The notes beneath the pieces are model-generated. The model was not told the DNA's origin. It made no database searches and worked only from the letters and a program-made list of their open reading frames with translations. Positions 27,644-37,539 of a DNA stretch of 64,000 nt are shown here, one piece after another. The translations under genes and the position numbers were made by a program. Each line of letters starts with the position of its first letter. Position 1 is the first letter of the stretch. The DNA comes from a virus. Location: IMG/VR virus record IMGVR_UViG_3300010413_000005, positions 1 through 64,000 of that record. One strand, written 5' to 3'.

Positions 27644-28276
27644 TTATCGTAGCGCGATATTGCCTTCCAGGCAAGTACTTTTTTTCAGTTTATTTTGATA
27701 TTTACCTATTTGATTTCCGCAAGGGAACCATCCCGGAAACGTTTCGGTCGCGAACAGTTCGGCGCGCGGCAACTCTCCGCACAACTCCACTATCCTGTCT
27801 CTAACTTCGTCCGGTTTCCTACTGTGTTCCCTTATCGGAGCGAACACCAACTGCGATTGCTTCAATGTATGAATTGGGAACGGCCGGCCGTATTTCACCG
27901 TAGTCGCCGCCAGAACTTGTTCGATATTCGGCTTGACCAAAGTAGGGACCGGACCTCTTCCTGTGATTATCTTGCCTCGCTTGGTGGTTTTGATCCAAAT
28001 GTACGGAACTCCTCTGTAATGCAATCCCCAAGCTTCGATAAGCTTGAATGGCAAATCCAGCTTTGGACACGTTCCCCACATGAATAACACCGATTTCTTG
28101 TGCATCCACTTCCTTACAGGCATCTTACACAAGTCTTCGAAGCTGATCATTTCGTAGTGTTTCCCGCAAGCGGCGTACTTATTTGGATCTCCGTAGTACA
28201 GCCAAGGCGGATCTATGTACAATATACGGAATCCGCCCACCAGAGCGCTGGCTATGTTCATCTCGGGAAACAGCAA
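27644..28276 (-). CDS. MT-A70 family adenine methyltransferase
   Basis: YIDPPW, LFMW, AWG, WIK, REHSRKP, ELFA. Confidence 0.9.
   Translation of the reverse strand: MLFPEMNIASALVGGFRILYIDPPWLYYGDPNKYAACGKHYEMISFEDLCKMPVRKWMHKKSVLFMWGTCPKLDLPFKLIEAWGLHYRGVPYIWIKTTKRGKIITGRGPVPTLVKPNIEQVLAATTVKYGRPFPIHTLKQSQLVFAPIREHSRKPDEVRDRIVELCGELPRAELFATETFPGWFPCGNQIGKYQNKLKKSTCLEGNIALR
27646..27674 (-). promoter_or_regulatory. sigma70-type promoter, same family as 11241/13199/14206
   Basis: TTGCCT-N17-TACGAT with an upstream A-tract. Confidence 0.75.
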
Positions 28277-28280
28277 TTTA

Positions 28281-29060
28281 CTACTGTTTCTTTTCTAAAT
28301 TCGAAACCCTGCGATCGAGCGATTCCACCGAAGCAGACAACACTCTCAACGCCGCGGTATCCACGGATACCGGATTGCCCAAACTAATTTCGACCGGTTT
28401 CCCTCGTATCACGTCGATTACCGTAGATATCCAAGATACCACGAATTCCAACTGCATGAAAGTTGTATCGATGAATATAGCGTCCGGAGCGCGAACCAGA
28501 GGAGCCACCTTACGATTGGTATCCTGTTCATCCCTTTTCATTATCGAAGTTCGCACGTCTTCGTAATCTGATTCGACTCCGGATTCTTTCAATTGCCGGT
28601 AACGCATATTGGCTCGGAAATCCAAATCAGCGGTCATGTAGATTTTCAAATCGGCGTTGGGGAAAAGAACGGTGCAAGTGTCGCGACCTTCCGTTATGAT
28701 GCTCGATTCCGAATTGTTCGCCATACCTCTGGCTATGATATTCACTTCGTTTCGGACTTCCGGATCCTTGGACAGCGTAGAGGCGATTAGAGACATCTGG
28801 TTGTCTATCACTTCGTTCGTAATCGATCTGCCTTTATACAGCAAATCATTCCCTATCAATTCGAAGAATATACCGTGTATATTCGCCAATTTAGCTGCTT
28901 CTTTATCGTTGCTCTTGAACAACTTCAACAGATAAGCGACTCCTCTGTACAACAGTCCGGTGTTGAGCAAAGTGAACCCTAATCTCTTGGCTAACATTTT
29001 TGATGCGGTGCTTTTACCGGCGCCGCTCGGACCGTCGATGGCCACGATCATCTTTTTCAT
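28281..29060 (-). CDS. cmk: cytidylate kinase
   Basis: IDGPSGAGKST, TGLLYR, EGRD, RDEQD..RKVAPL. Confidence 0.93.
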   Translation of the reverse strand: MKKMIVAIDGPSGAGKSTASKMLAKRLGFTLLNTGLLYRGVAYLLKLFKSNDKEAAKLANIHGIFFELIGNDLLYKGRSITNEVIDNQMSLIASTLSKDPEVRNEVNIIARGMANNSESSIITEGRDTCTVLFPNADLKIYMTADLDFRANMRYRQLKESGVESDYEDVRTSIMKRDEQDTNRKVAPLVRAPDAIFIDTTFMQLEFVVSWISTVIDVIRGKPVEISLGNPVSVDTAALRVLSASVESLDRRVSNLEKKQ

Positions 29061-29152
29061 CAGTTTTCTCCTTAGTTTAGCAGATCCGAGTTAGTATATA
29101 TCCATTACAGGCGATTGCTTATGAAATAGCAGCCTTTCATTAGGAGGTGACC

Positions 29153-29434
29153 ATGGCAACGTTATCCGAAGACGACATCAGGCAACTATTGGTAAGCAAC
29201 GCTGAAATAAAAAGAGATTTGAAATCGGTAAATGAAAAATTGGAAGAACTTCCTAAGATGAGAGATAGCATGGAAGCGATTTGCGTACGTACGAAAGAAA
29301 ACAAATTGAGAATCGATAACGTCGAAGACAGAATGAAAGAGAACAGAAAATTGGGATGGGGATCGTTTACCGCTATCGCGACCGCGTTCATAACCGGGAT
29401 ACTCGCCTTGATATCCCAAATGTTCAAAAATTGA
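29153..29434 (+). CDS. coiled-coil protein with a C-terminal TM helix (XhlA/holin-like)
   Basis: TAGGAGGTGA RBS; the only convincing plus-strand gene. Confidence 0.7.
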   Translation: MATLSEDDIRQLLVSNAEIKRDLKSVNEKLEELPKMRDSMEAICVRTKENKLRIDNVEDRMKENRKLGWGSFTAIATAFITGILALISQMFKN

Positions 29435-30227
29435 AACTGGTCTGTATGTGATCCAGTTTGTCCACTAGCGTACTGCGGATGTACGCTCCGTGCGCGTATA
29501 CTGCTATCGCTATCCTCCTATTTGATTTGCGCAAACACATCCTACACTCCACACACGTAACTCCTTCTATTTGGTGCCTACAAGGAACCAATTTCAAACC
29601 CATAGCGGAATCGGGCAAATCGTACGGAACATTTTTCATGAAATCCTTCACCACTATCATAGGCGTATAACCGAGAGAATATGCTCGATCTGCTTGTTCC
29701 GCGGTTTCTACGCTGGCCAGAGCATGGATGCTGTCTCTCCAACAAGAAAACTCTATCGATTCCCATCGATGCGTATACAACCAAACGTCTCCGCCTCCGG
29801 CGCCCCTCCATCGCTCCGCAGCCATAGATAATCTCACCGCTCCGCGATAACAAGAAACGTCTCCGCCTACGTGTATTCGTAGATCGCGCCCTCCCTTCGC
29901 TCCGTCTTGCGGAACTCCGTCCTTAAAAGCGTTTTCTATCGCTTTCGCTTCAGCTTCGATTACGTCGTACGGTTCTACGTTTCTCGAATTTTCATCCAGT
30001 TTCTGATTCGCCGGACCGGTTATCCCTGCCTGTACGTAGCAACCGTTGTCCTTGAATACGCACGTATCCGGGCATGTCTTCGATATCGAAACGTAGGAAG
30101 CGCAACAATACGGCTGTTGTGGAATCGGCCGCTTGAATCGAGTGTTGGTGTCCTCGTATTTTTGAGGACTAATCTTCCTGTTTCTGCTCTTCTTCGCGAA
30201 CAGCACTATTTTGTTTTTGGATGCCAT
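29424..30227 (-). CDS. Gp88-like Fe-S/radical-SAM-fold phage protein
   Basis: TCPDTC...GCY, RIHVGGD, YTH, ASVET, TCVECRMC, AHG. Confidence 0.65.
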   Translation of the reverse strand: MASKNKIVLFAKKSRNRKISPQKYEDTNTRFKRPIPQQPYCCASYVSISKTCPDTCVFKDNGCYVQAGITGPANQKLDENSRNVEPYDVIEAEAKAIENAFKDGVPQDGAKGGRDLRIHVGGDVSCYRGAVRLSMAAERWRGAGGGDVWLYTHRWESIEFSCWRDSIHALASVETAEQADRAYSLGYTPMIVVKDFMKNVPYDLPDSAMGLKLVPCRHQIEGVTCVECRMCLRKSNRRIAIAVYAHGAYIRSTLVDKLDHIQTSFNF

Positions 30228-30603
30228 ACTTGGTTGTCAAATCGTATTCATCTATCAGCTTATTAGCGGTTTCCATGTCTCCGGTTTCTTGGCTCGCGAT
30301 GGCCAAGGTAATTCCTACTGACGCGACGTCGGCTCCTTCTTTGTTTCCGCGTGATTTGATCAATTCCATGGCGTCCGGTCGCGACGCTAACAGTTTGCGA
30401 ATTCTGTTTCTGGCTTTGACTATGGCCTCCGATTCGGATGGAGTCGACGGAAGTAGCGGATTGTTAAAAACCTCGCACTTTTCATTCCTACAAAAAGCGT
30501 ACGGATCGGACTTCTTCACCGGAGAACCCTTGATAGGCGATTTGTACAAAGCTTTGCCGCACTTCGGGCATTTAGGGTGTTTTTGGTGTATTTTGCTAGA
30601 CAT
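30169..30603 (-). CDS. zinc-ribbon hypothetical protein
   Basis: CPKCG...CRNEKC; AGGAGG RBS. Confidence 0.65.
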   Translation of the reverse strand: MSSKIHQKHPKCPKCGKALYKSPIKGSPVKKSDPYAFCRNEKCEVFNNPLLPSTPSESEAIVKARNRIRKLLASRPDAMELIKSRGNKEGADVASVGITLAIASQETGDMETANKLIDEYDLTTKYGIQKQNSAVREEEQKQED

Positions 30604-30671
30604 ATCGACCTCCTATTTGTATAATAACCGAATACGGGAAAGTAGTCGAGATATTTACAACTTATATTGCG

Positions 30672-30920
30672 TTATTGTATGGATATGGAGATAATCCTAT
30701 CCACCTCCAAACAATCAGTAGGATCGTTGTTCATCTCTAAATGCGTTATCAAATCGACTTCTTCTCCGTTCAATTTCACCGTTCGGTGTCTCGTTCCGGT
30801 CAATTTGCCGCTTCGATATCCGCTTTCTGTGGTTTCCAATTCCACGAATTCTCCTACCGCGTTGAATATTTGATCCCAAAACCAACCCGGCCTTCTGAAT
30901 TGTTTAGTCGTCATTTCCAA
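30672..30920 (-). CDS. hypothetical protein
   Basis: Packed ORF. Confidence 0.55.
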   Translation of the reverse strand: MEMTTKQFRRPGWFWDQIFNAVGEFVELETTESGYRSGKLTGTRHRTVKLNGEEVDLITHLEMNNDPTDCLEVDRIISISIQ

Positions 30921-31146
30921 TTTCCTTTCCCAATCCCGCTATTTCTGTATCTTGGTAGCAGACTTTGGAACAATATCTCTTGTGTTTAGGTATGTATTCG
31001 TTACAACCCGCTGCCTCGCAAGTTTTGATCCTGAAGATCGATAAGTTGTTCTTTTTTCTTTGCAAATCGAATAGACTTTTCTCCGACTCCACCATATAAG
31101 GCAGATCAGGCCTCAGCTTGATTCCCGACAAGTTTAGTATTGCCAT
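30904..31146 (-). CDS. small zinc-finger protein
   Basis: CEAAGC...RYCSKVC. Confidence 0.6.
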   Translation of the reverse strand: MAILNLSGIKLRPDLPYMVESEKSLFDLQRKKNNLSIFRIKTCEAAGCNEYIPKHKRYCSKVCYQDTEIAGLGKEIGNDD

Positions 31147-31510
31147 TGCGAATCCTTCCTATCCCACGCTTCCAGAATTTAGAGGCCAATTCTTCTCCGA
31201 CGTATTTCGCCAATTGACTTTTGTGTATCAACGCTACTCCGTCGACTCCTACCGGTTCTCCGTTCTGATTGTGGATATCCCAAGAACCGTACCAATCTAT
31301 CAATCTCTGATTGGCTATGACTACGAAGTCCTTGTAGTGTCCGGAGGTTCCTTTCAACGACATGATCCTCTTAATCATGGCTCCGTTGGGAGTGATATCC
31401 ATCCTGTTTACTCTACGACCGGTTTTGCCATTAGTCACTGACTTTTTGGCCTTACACTTGCGCTTTTTTTCGGATCCTGATTTATTCGCCTTTCGATTAC
31501 CCTGTTTCAC
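31106..31510 (-). CDS. hypothetical protein
   Basis: Overlaps both neighbours. Confidence 0.55.
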   Translation of the reverse strand: MKQGNRKANKSGSEKKRKCKAKKSVTNGKTGRRVNRMDITPNGAMIKRIMSLKGTSGHYKDFVVIANQRLIDWYGSWDIHNQNGEPVGVDGVALIHKSQLAKYVGEELASKFWKRGIGRIRNGNTKLVGNQAEA

Positions 31511-32129
31511 GAGACAACCTCTTTGCCAGTTTCAAATCTTCGATCGCCATATCGGAGAACTTCTTTCTGTCTTCGGATGACAATCTGATTATGTAGGCCG
31601 GATGGTACGTACAAATCGCTTTCCACGAAAAGACTTCGGAGCGAGAATCCATCACGACCATTTCCAATTCTTCTCCTCTCCAATCTTTCAAAACGGAAAC
31701 GTTGACCATCTTCGCCGGAACTAATCCGAGAAGAACAACCACTTTCGGATTCACTATCTTCAAGAAAGAAACCAAACGAGGTTTGCATTTTGCCATTTCT
31801 TCCCGAGTAGGATTCCTATTCGAAGGAGGACGGCAAGCCACTGTGTTACAAATGAATACGTCTTCTGTTCTATCCAATTCGGATCGATCTAACCAAGAAT
31901 CCAATTCTCTGCCGGCCATACCAACAAACGGAGAACCGGTTTTATCTTCGTTGGCTCCCGGAGCTTCTCCAATCAATGCGATATCGGCCGTAGGAGAACC
32001 GCGCCAATGAACTATCTTGTTTCTGTTACGATGCAGCGGGCAACGTTCGCAACCTGAACACTTCTTTTCCACTCTGGACAGTAAATCCAATTCGTAGAAT
32101 CCTTCTGATCTGGACTTCGTCGATTCCAT
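31497..32129 (-). CDS. family 4 uracil-DNA glycosylase
   Basis: [32 protein letters not shown]. Confidence 0.93.
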   Translation of the reverse strand: MESTKSRSEGFYELDLLSRVEKKCSGCERCPLHRNRNKIVHWRGSPTADIALIGEAPGANEDKTGSPFVGMAGRELDSWLDRSELDRTEDVFICNTVACRPPSNRNPTREEMAKCKPRLVSFLKIVNPKVVVLLGLVPAKMVNVSVLKDWRGEELEMVVMDSRSEVFSWKAICTYHPAYIIRLSSEDRKKFSDMAIEDLKLAKRLSRETG

Positions 32130-33073
32130 TACCTGGCCATCTCCATGATATCGTTCATTTGAAATTTTTCTAGAAACGAAGCAAATCGAAGTCTTTTGAA
32201 GTATTTCACCATTTTGTCCCTATTGGGTTCTGGAGGTATTACTTTCAATTCACAATCGACTTTGATCTTGGTCAACTTTTTATACAACGCGACGTCTCGA
32301 GCGTGCTTTAGAACCAATTCGCGATACCTTTGTGCTACCGGCCAATCATTGTTATTGACGGCTCCTTCGAACACTTTCTTCAGAGTGACGTAGTGCCCTA
32401 ACAAATTCGCCGCGGTCTTGGGTCCTATAGAAGGCACTCCGGGAATTCCGTCGCTCGAGTCTCCGGACAACGCTTTCAAATCGGCGATTTGCGAAGGAAA
32501 TACGCCGTGTTTTTGGAATACTTCGTCTATTCCATACACTTTTTCAGGATTTTTGCCAAACGCAGGAGATATCGTCCAAACCGAGTTGGGCATTATCAAT
32601 TGCCTCAAATCCGAATCTCCGGAGTAAATAGCTACGCGACCGGAAGATTTCACCGATAGATTTCCTATAACGTCATCAGCTTCACAATCCACGCCGTAAT
32701 ATTGCGGAACTCCGATCGCAGTAAGTATTCCCTTCAATATCGCCTCTTGTCGATTCAATTCTCGAGATATCTCAGCCCTTTGCGGATCGGGTTTATCTCG
32801 GTTCTTGTAACCGGCGTACAACTTGTATCTGAAGTTCAATCCTTCTCCTTCCCAAGCGACTGATATGGGAGTTCTCCATTTTTCAAATATCCTCAACGAT
32901 ATGTTGATGAATCCGTACACTCCGCCAATCGACATTTCTTCGTCGCCGATTTTGGTGCTGAGATTAGAGAAAGCGTCCGACGTCCTCCAAAGCAAATGAC
33001 GACCGTCCAAAATCATTGTGTCGAATTTCATCAAAACGGAACCTCTTCTTCGTCCACCGGAATCTCCGGACAT
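32129..33073 (-). CDS. 5'-3' exonuclease / flap endonuclease (PolA N-terminal-like)
   Basis: ILDG, YKNR, EADD, SGDSD, LSGDSSDGIPGV..IGPKTA. Confidence 0.93.
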   Translation of the reverse strand: MSGDSGGRRRGSVLMKFDTMILDGRHLLWRTSDAFSNLSTKIGDEEMSIGGVYGFINISLRIFEKWRTPISVAWEGEGLNFRYKLYAGYKNRDKPDPQRAEISRELNRQEAILKGILTAIGVPQYYGVDCEADDVIGNLSVKSSGRVAIYSGDSDLRQLIMPNSVWTISPAFGKNPEKVYGIDEVFQKHGVFPSQIADLKALSGDSSDGIPGVPSIGPKTAANLLGHYVTLKKVFEGAVNNNDWPVAQRYRELVLKHARDVALYKKLTKIKVDCELKVIPPEPNRDKMVKYFKRLRFASFLEKFQMNDIMEMAR

Positions 33074-33285
33074 TCTTCGTCGATGTGTCTATTCCACATA
33101 TCCTTTTTGATTTCGTGCCACTTGCCCAATACAGTATTTCGACGTTTGTACTTCCAAGTCGAACTATCTCGATCCGGAGACCAATACATCAAATAGACTT
33201 CGTGGTATTTGAATCCGGTGGTGAATCGTTTGTAGGTTATCCCACAATGAGGACACCTCTCGTCGTTTTTGTAACAGCGACTCAT
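33031..33285 (-). CDS. hypothetical protein
   Basis: CPHC; ATGA coupling. Confidence 0.6.
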   Translation of the reverse strand: MSRCYKNDERCPHCGITYKRFTTGFKYHEVYLMYWSPDRDSSTWKYKRRNTVLGKWHEIKKDMWNRHIDEECPEIPVDEEEVPF

Positions 33286-33485
33286 TCATCGACGTACCGA
33301 AGATAGATCTCTCTGATTTTGCACTTTTGCGCTTCGGAGAGCGTCCATTTGTTTTCCAAACGTTCTTCCATCGATACGACGAAATTGGCTTCCCATTCGG
33401 TCAAATCGTGTTCGTCCTTTTGCAACTCTTGGACTTTGCCGTATAGGTCGTCGAATTCTTTCTTTCTGTTATCCCAATATGACAT
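33282..33485 (-). CDS. hypothetical protein
   Basis: LTEWEANFV...LSEAQ pattern seen in small phage proteins. Confidence 0.65.
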   Translation of the reverse strand: MSYWDNRKKEFDDLYGKVQELQKDEHDLTEWEANFVVSMEERLENKWTLSEAQKCKIREIYLRYVDE

Positions 33486-34295
33486 TCAAATCTCCATAAG
33501 TGATAAAATGAATTTCGATAGCTTCGGACTTTTACTAGTGTTATCTCTACACCACTTATGAATTTTGTTGATCACCACCGTATCGTACCTTATATCTCCG
33601 GATATGTCGGCTGCTATCCATTCCCTGTCCAGGATGTTGTTGGGATACATTTTTGTAACGCGATTGAATACCCTGATTTCCTTCTCGTTGCCCAAATCGG
33701 ACACCCTCATCCGACCGGTCCTGATTAAGTATTCCGTCCAAACCAGATACGCGACTCCGTACGCGTCTGCCAAATCTTCGCTCGTTTGTCTATTCTGCTT
33801 CTTTCCCTTCTGCGGAAGATTGTATTGACTGAAATCGGCGCCCCAACGACTCAGAACGAACTCCTCCATCAAATCCTTCTTCGCGGTTCCGTCTCCGGTA
33901 ACGAACATCTTCACGGAACCGGGATCATGCAAACGGAACGGTATTCCGCTTCTCAAAAGACACATTCTGGCGACTCCTCCCAATTCGCCCTTGTGATGCG
34001 CTCCGTGAGAAGCGTCCAGCGCGTAATCTTCAACTCCGGCGAAATCTGGAGCATGGTCTCTGATTGTTTCTTCGAACCACAACAGGGCATTGTATAGACG
34101 CAACATATTGAACGTCTGATTGTCCTTCGATTTGTCCACGGTCAATCTATAGGCGTCTTTGTGTTTGGCAGCAGCTCCGGCCAAATCAGTGTAGTACGAG
34201 AACCAATTCAGTCCTCCGTCTTTCAGTTGAACGACCGCTCCGTGATTCAACCCCAAATCGTATCCGTTTACCAGTACGCTTTTTTCAATCTTCAT
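33486..34295 (-). CDS. RuvC-like Holliday junction resolvase
   Basis: GYDLG, GVEDYA, GELGG, VKMFVTGDGTAKK, DLADAY. Confidence 0.85.
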   Translation of the reverse strand: MKIEKSVLVNGYDLGLNHGAVVQLKDGGLNWFSYYTDLAGAAAKHKDAYRLTVDKSKDNQTFNMLRLYNALLWFEETIRDHAPDFAGVEDYALDASHGAHHKGELGGVARMCLLRSGIPFRLHDPGSVKMFVTGDGTAKKDLMEEFVLSRWGADFSQYNLPQKGKKQNRQTSEDLADAYGVAYLVWTEYLIRTGRMRVSDLGNEKEIRVFNRVTKMYPNNILDREWIAADISGDIRYDTVVINKIHKWCRDNTSKSPKLSKFILSLMEI

Positions 34296-34464
34296 CTTCC
34301 GAAACGTATTCTTTCAGTTCCTTGACTACGATTTCCAATTCGACTACGCGCTGTTGAAGCTTTTCTATGTTGGCCATGGCCCTATATAGGAAATACAAAG
34401 CCACGACCAGAGCGAAAGCTCCTATATTCGTAATCAACGTAATTTTTTCTAAAGCTTGTTCCAT
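34285..34464 (-). CDS. 59-aa membrane-anchored protein (not in the ORF track)
   Basis: MEQALEKITLITNIGAFALVVALYFLYR...; fills the gap between two genes. Confidence 0.55.
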   Translation of the reverse strand: MEQALEKITLITNIGAFALVVALYFLYRAMANIEKLQQRVVELEIVVKELKEYVSEDED

Positions 34465-34465
34465 A

Positions 34466-36370
34466 TCAAGCCGCTTCTTCTACCGTAGATGTGCTATCCT
34501 CTCTCACCACCTCCAGGTTCCTATCGAAGAAGTCACACACGTTAGGATCGTGCGATATCACGTAAATGGTTCCGCAGTCCTCTCTCATCTTCTGCAACAA
34601 TATTCCTACTCGAGAGGCGCCCTCTTTGTCCAACCCGTCGAATATCTCGTCCAACAACAGTATTCCCGGCCGGCCGTTCTCTCTCGAAGCTACCAAATCC
34701 ATCAACGCCAACTCCGCTGATATAGTGATCTTGCGTTGCTGTCCGGAGCTGGGTGGGTAGTTCGCCAATCCTTCGATTTCCCACTCCATAGATATCTCGT
34801 CTCTGGTAGCATTCTTTGAACTCTTCAACTGTCGCTGCGTATCGAACGTGACCCGGATATCTCCGTCCGAGAGCGTGTCTAGATAGTAATTGGTTCTCTC
34901 GGTTATGAACGGCATCACAGAATCCAATATGTAACTCGGGAGGCCTTGATCAGAGAATCCTCTCACCCAGAATTCTTGGTGTGCCAATTCATTTTCCCAT
35001 CCGCTCCGGCGAACCTTCAAGTTGGACAACGATTCTTCTGACGTCTTGTTGTCTTTGGCCAATTCGTTTATCTGCTCTTCGTACGGATTGACCTCGTTTT
35101 TGATTACGTCGATGCTTTCGCGTTTCCGTTTGATTGTGGCTTTCAGTTCGGCCGCTTTGGAATCGGTAGATTTCAAAGATCTCAATTCCTTTTCCAACTC
35201 TTCGATCTTTGTGTTTATGGCCAATCCGCGCTCTATAGAAGCTCTGCATTCTTTTATGTGATTCTCGTTATCTTCGTTGCTCTTTTCCAATTTGGAAAGC
35301 TCGACTCTCTGAGATTTCAACCCGTTTTCCAATTCTGATATCTCGAGATTCAACGAGTCCTTGTAATCCTTAGGAGCTCCGGAGTCCAACGGAGCAGTAC
35401 AAGTGGGACAGTTATCCTGTTCCAATTCGGATAACGATTCCTTCTTCAGTCTCAAACTGGCATTTGTAGAACCTATGCCCGAATTGCAAACGCCCAACTT
35501 TTCTCTAATCTTGGATCTATTGATTATCGCAGCTTCCATGTCGGCGCGTATGGATGTTACGTCTATCACCGTGAGCTTCAATTTGTCTATCTTTTCGATG
35601 AGCGCCGGAATGTTGGAACGCTTGGATTCCAATTCTCTCAGTTCGTCCAACATAGTTTTGCAATCTTCGGCGACCACCTTCGTCCGATCCTTCTGCGATT
35701 GTGCGTAAGTATCTTTCTTTTCTTTCAAACGTTTGATCGCCTCTTTATTCGAAGACATTTTGTTTTCAAGAGAATCGATATTGACGGCGACCGATAACAG
35801 AGAATCCTTCAATTCTTTCGCTTTATCTTTCACCACCTGTCGACACTTCTTGAATATATCGGTGCGCATGATGACGTGCAATATGTCTTTTCGATCGGAA
35901 TCTTTGGATAGAACGGAGGCGAACCTCTTCGTATCTCCTTCTGCGTACAACACCACGTTCCTGAAGGTGTGGTAATCCATACCCAACATCCTATCGATCT
36001 TGGTTTGGATGTCGTTCTTCTCTCCCTGCCATTCTGCTCCGGAAGGTTGTATCAAAGCCAACTTCGGTTGGTCCTTCCTTCGTTCCCTCTTTATTGTCCA
36101 GATTCCGTCATCCATCTCTATTCTGGACTCGAGTATGGAGTGCTTCTGCCCGTTTTTGATTACTTGATTCCCGATCTTATCGTCGATGTATTTTCCGAAC
36201 CAGCACCAACTTATCGCTTTGAAGAAATTGGATTTTCCGGATCCGTTGGAAGTCGCCGAAGCAGTATCCTTGTTCACTCCGGTTATCCCTATCAAACCCT
36301 GTTTGTGTAGTTGGATATTCAATTCTTCGTATCCGCAGAAATTCTTTCCTATAACATCCAAAGGTTTCAT
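34466..36370 (-). CDS. sbcC: SbcC/Rad50 (gp46-like) ATPase
   Basis: NGSGKS, CPTC zinc hook, SSGQQR signature, LLLDE, ISH. Confidence 0.93.
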   Translation of the reverse strand: MKPLDVIGKNFCGYEELNIQLHKQGLIGITGVNKDTASATSNGSGKSNFFKAISWCWFGKYIDDKIGNQVIKNGQKHSILESRIEMDDGIWTIKRERRKDQPKLALIQPSGAEWQGEKNDIQTKIDRMLGMDYHTFRNVVLYAEGDTKRFASVLSKDSDRKDILHVIMRTDIFKKCRQVVKDKAKELKDSLLSVAVNIDSLENKMSSNKEAIKRLKEKKDTYAQSQKDRTKVVAEDCKTMLDELRELESKRSNIPALIEKIDKLKLTVIDVTSIRADMEAAIINRSKIREKLGVCNSGIGSTNASLRLKKESLSELEQDNCPTCTAPLDSGAPKDYKDSLNLEISELENGLKSQRVELSKLEKSNEDNENHIKECRASIERGLAINTKIEELEKELRSLKSTDSKAAELKATIKRKRESIDVIKNEVNPYEEQINELAKDNKTSEESLSNLKVRRSGWENELAHQEFWVRGFSDQGLPSYILDSVMPFITERTNYYLDTLSDGDIRVTFDTQRQLKSSKNATRDEISMEWEIEGLANYPPSSGQQRKITISAELALMDLVASRENGRPGILLLDEIFDGLDKEGASRVGILLQKMREDCGTIYVISHDPNVCDFFDRNLEVVREDSTSTVEEAA

Positions 36371-37539
36371 GCAGCCTCACTATCGTCGGATAGCGCTCGA
36401 GTCTGTTCCAACGCTTTCAAACCTATCGATTTCAATTTGGACGTGTCCAGACCGTCTGTATTCACGCCCTTGGAATCTACGTAATCCATTATCGCGCGCT
36501 CCGGCGAAGAGGACGCTTCACCTGCCGTTTGTTCCAGACGCGATTCGTGGTGGTATACTGGATCGTGTTTGTATTCCGCTCTGATTCCCTTGGACTTTAG
36601 TTCCTTGACGTGCTCTATCACGCCGGATTTGATTTTAGCCCATTCTGCGTGGGTAGCTTTCACTACGAATCTGACGTAATCCTTCTCCGCGAATTCCATT
36701 TTACCGGAGTATGAATTCCAATGTATTAGATGAAATTCGGGCATACCGGTTTTGATCTTTTTCCTCTTCAAACGACCGTCTTCGTAGAATTTCAGAAACC
36801 AAACGCACGATTCCCTTCCGACGTCGTCGAATCTGTGGTGCATAGGAGAACCGAGATAGAAACCCTTTCTCTTACCTTCATTCAAGAACGTCTGATGTTT
36901 ATGGAAGTGTCCTCCTATCACGTGATTGAAAGAAGTGGATATCTCCTCTACAGACAATCCTATATCGCAATTCCATCCGTAATGCTGGCAACCCAATACA
37001 CTATTGTGGAACAGCAAAACGTTTACTTTATCCTTGTGATTAGCGGATATCGATTCGCGATAGGATTCCAATATCGATCTGCTTTTCTCCAGAGAAGAGT
37101 ATTCCAAGTGCCAGAAATTCAACCAATTGGTAGGAGAAAACGGAACCTGGCTGTGCTCGAAACACATCACCTTGTTGTTTCCGTATTTGTACATCTCGGT
37201 CACGAATCGGCCGCCTTGGAGATTGTTGGCGTCGTGATTTCCCGGAATGAGATATACGAACGCCTTGCATTCGCTCAAACATTTCGAAGTCTCGGCTGCG
37301 GTTACTGCGTCCAATCTCGATACGTTGAATAGATCTCCTATTATGTGAAAATCCATCCATTTTTGTTTCGTACCGTATTTTTTCAAAATCAAATTGAATT
37401 TCTTCCACAACTCTATTTGATCATCCAAACGATCGGTCCGGCCTTCGTCGGTAGGTTTGGCGTGAGGAAGAAAATTCCCCATATGCAAATCGGCCGCAAA
37501 CAATCCCGAGTAAACACATTCTTCGGATTCAGATGCCAT
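36367..37539 (-). CDS. sbcD: SbcD/Mre11 (gp47-like) nuclease
   Basis: ADLH, GDLF, PGNHD, GHFH. Confidence 0.92.
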   Translation of the reverse strand: MASESEECVYSGLFAADLHMGNFLPHAKPTDEGRTDRLDDQIELWKKFNLILKKYGTKQKWMDFHIIGDLFNVSRLDAVTAAETSKCLSECKAFVYLIPGNHDANNLQGGRFVTEMYKYGNNKVMCFEHSQVPFSPTNWLNFWHLEYSSLEKSRSILESYRESISANHKDKVNVLLFHNSVLGCQHYGWNCDIGLSVEEISTSFNHVIGGHFHKHQTFLNEGKRKGFYLGSPMHHRFDDVGRESCVWFLKFYEDGRLKRKKIKTGMPEFHLIHWNSYSGKMEFAEKDYVRFVVKATHAEWAKIKSGVIEHVKELKSKGIRAEYKHDPVYHHESRLEQTAGEASSSPERAIMDYVDSKGVNTDGLDTSKLKSIGLKALEQTRALSDDSEAA

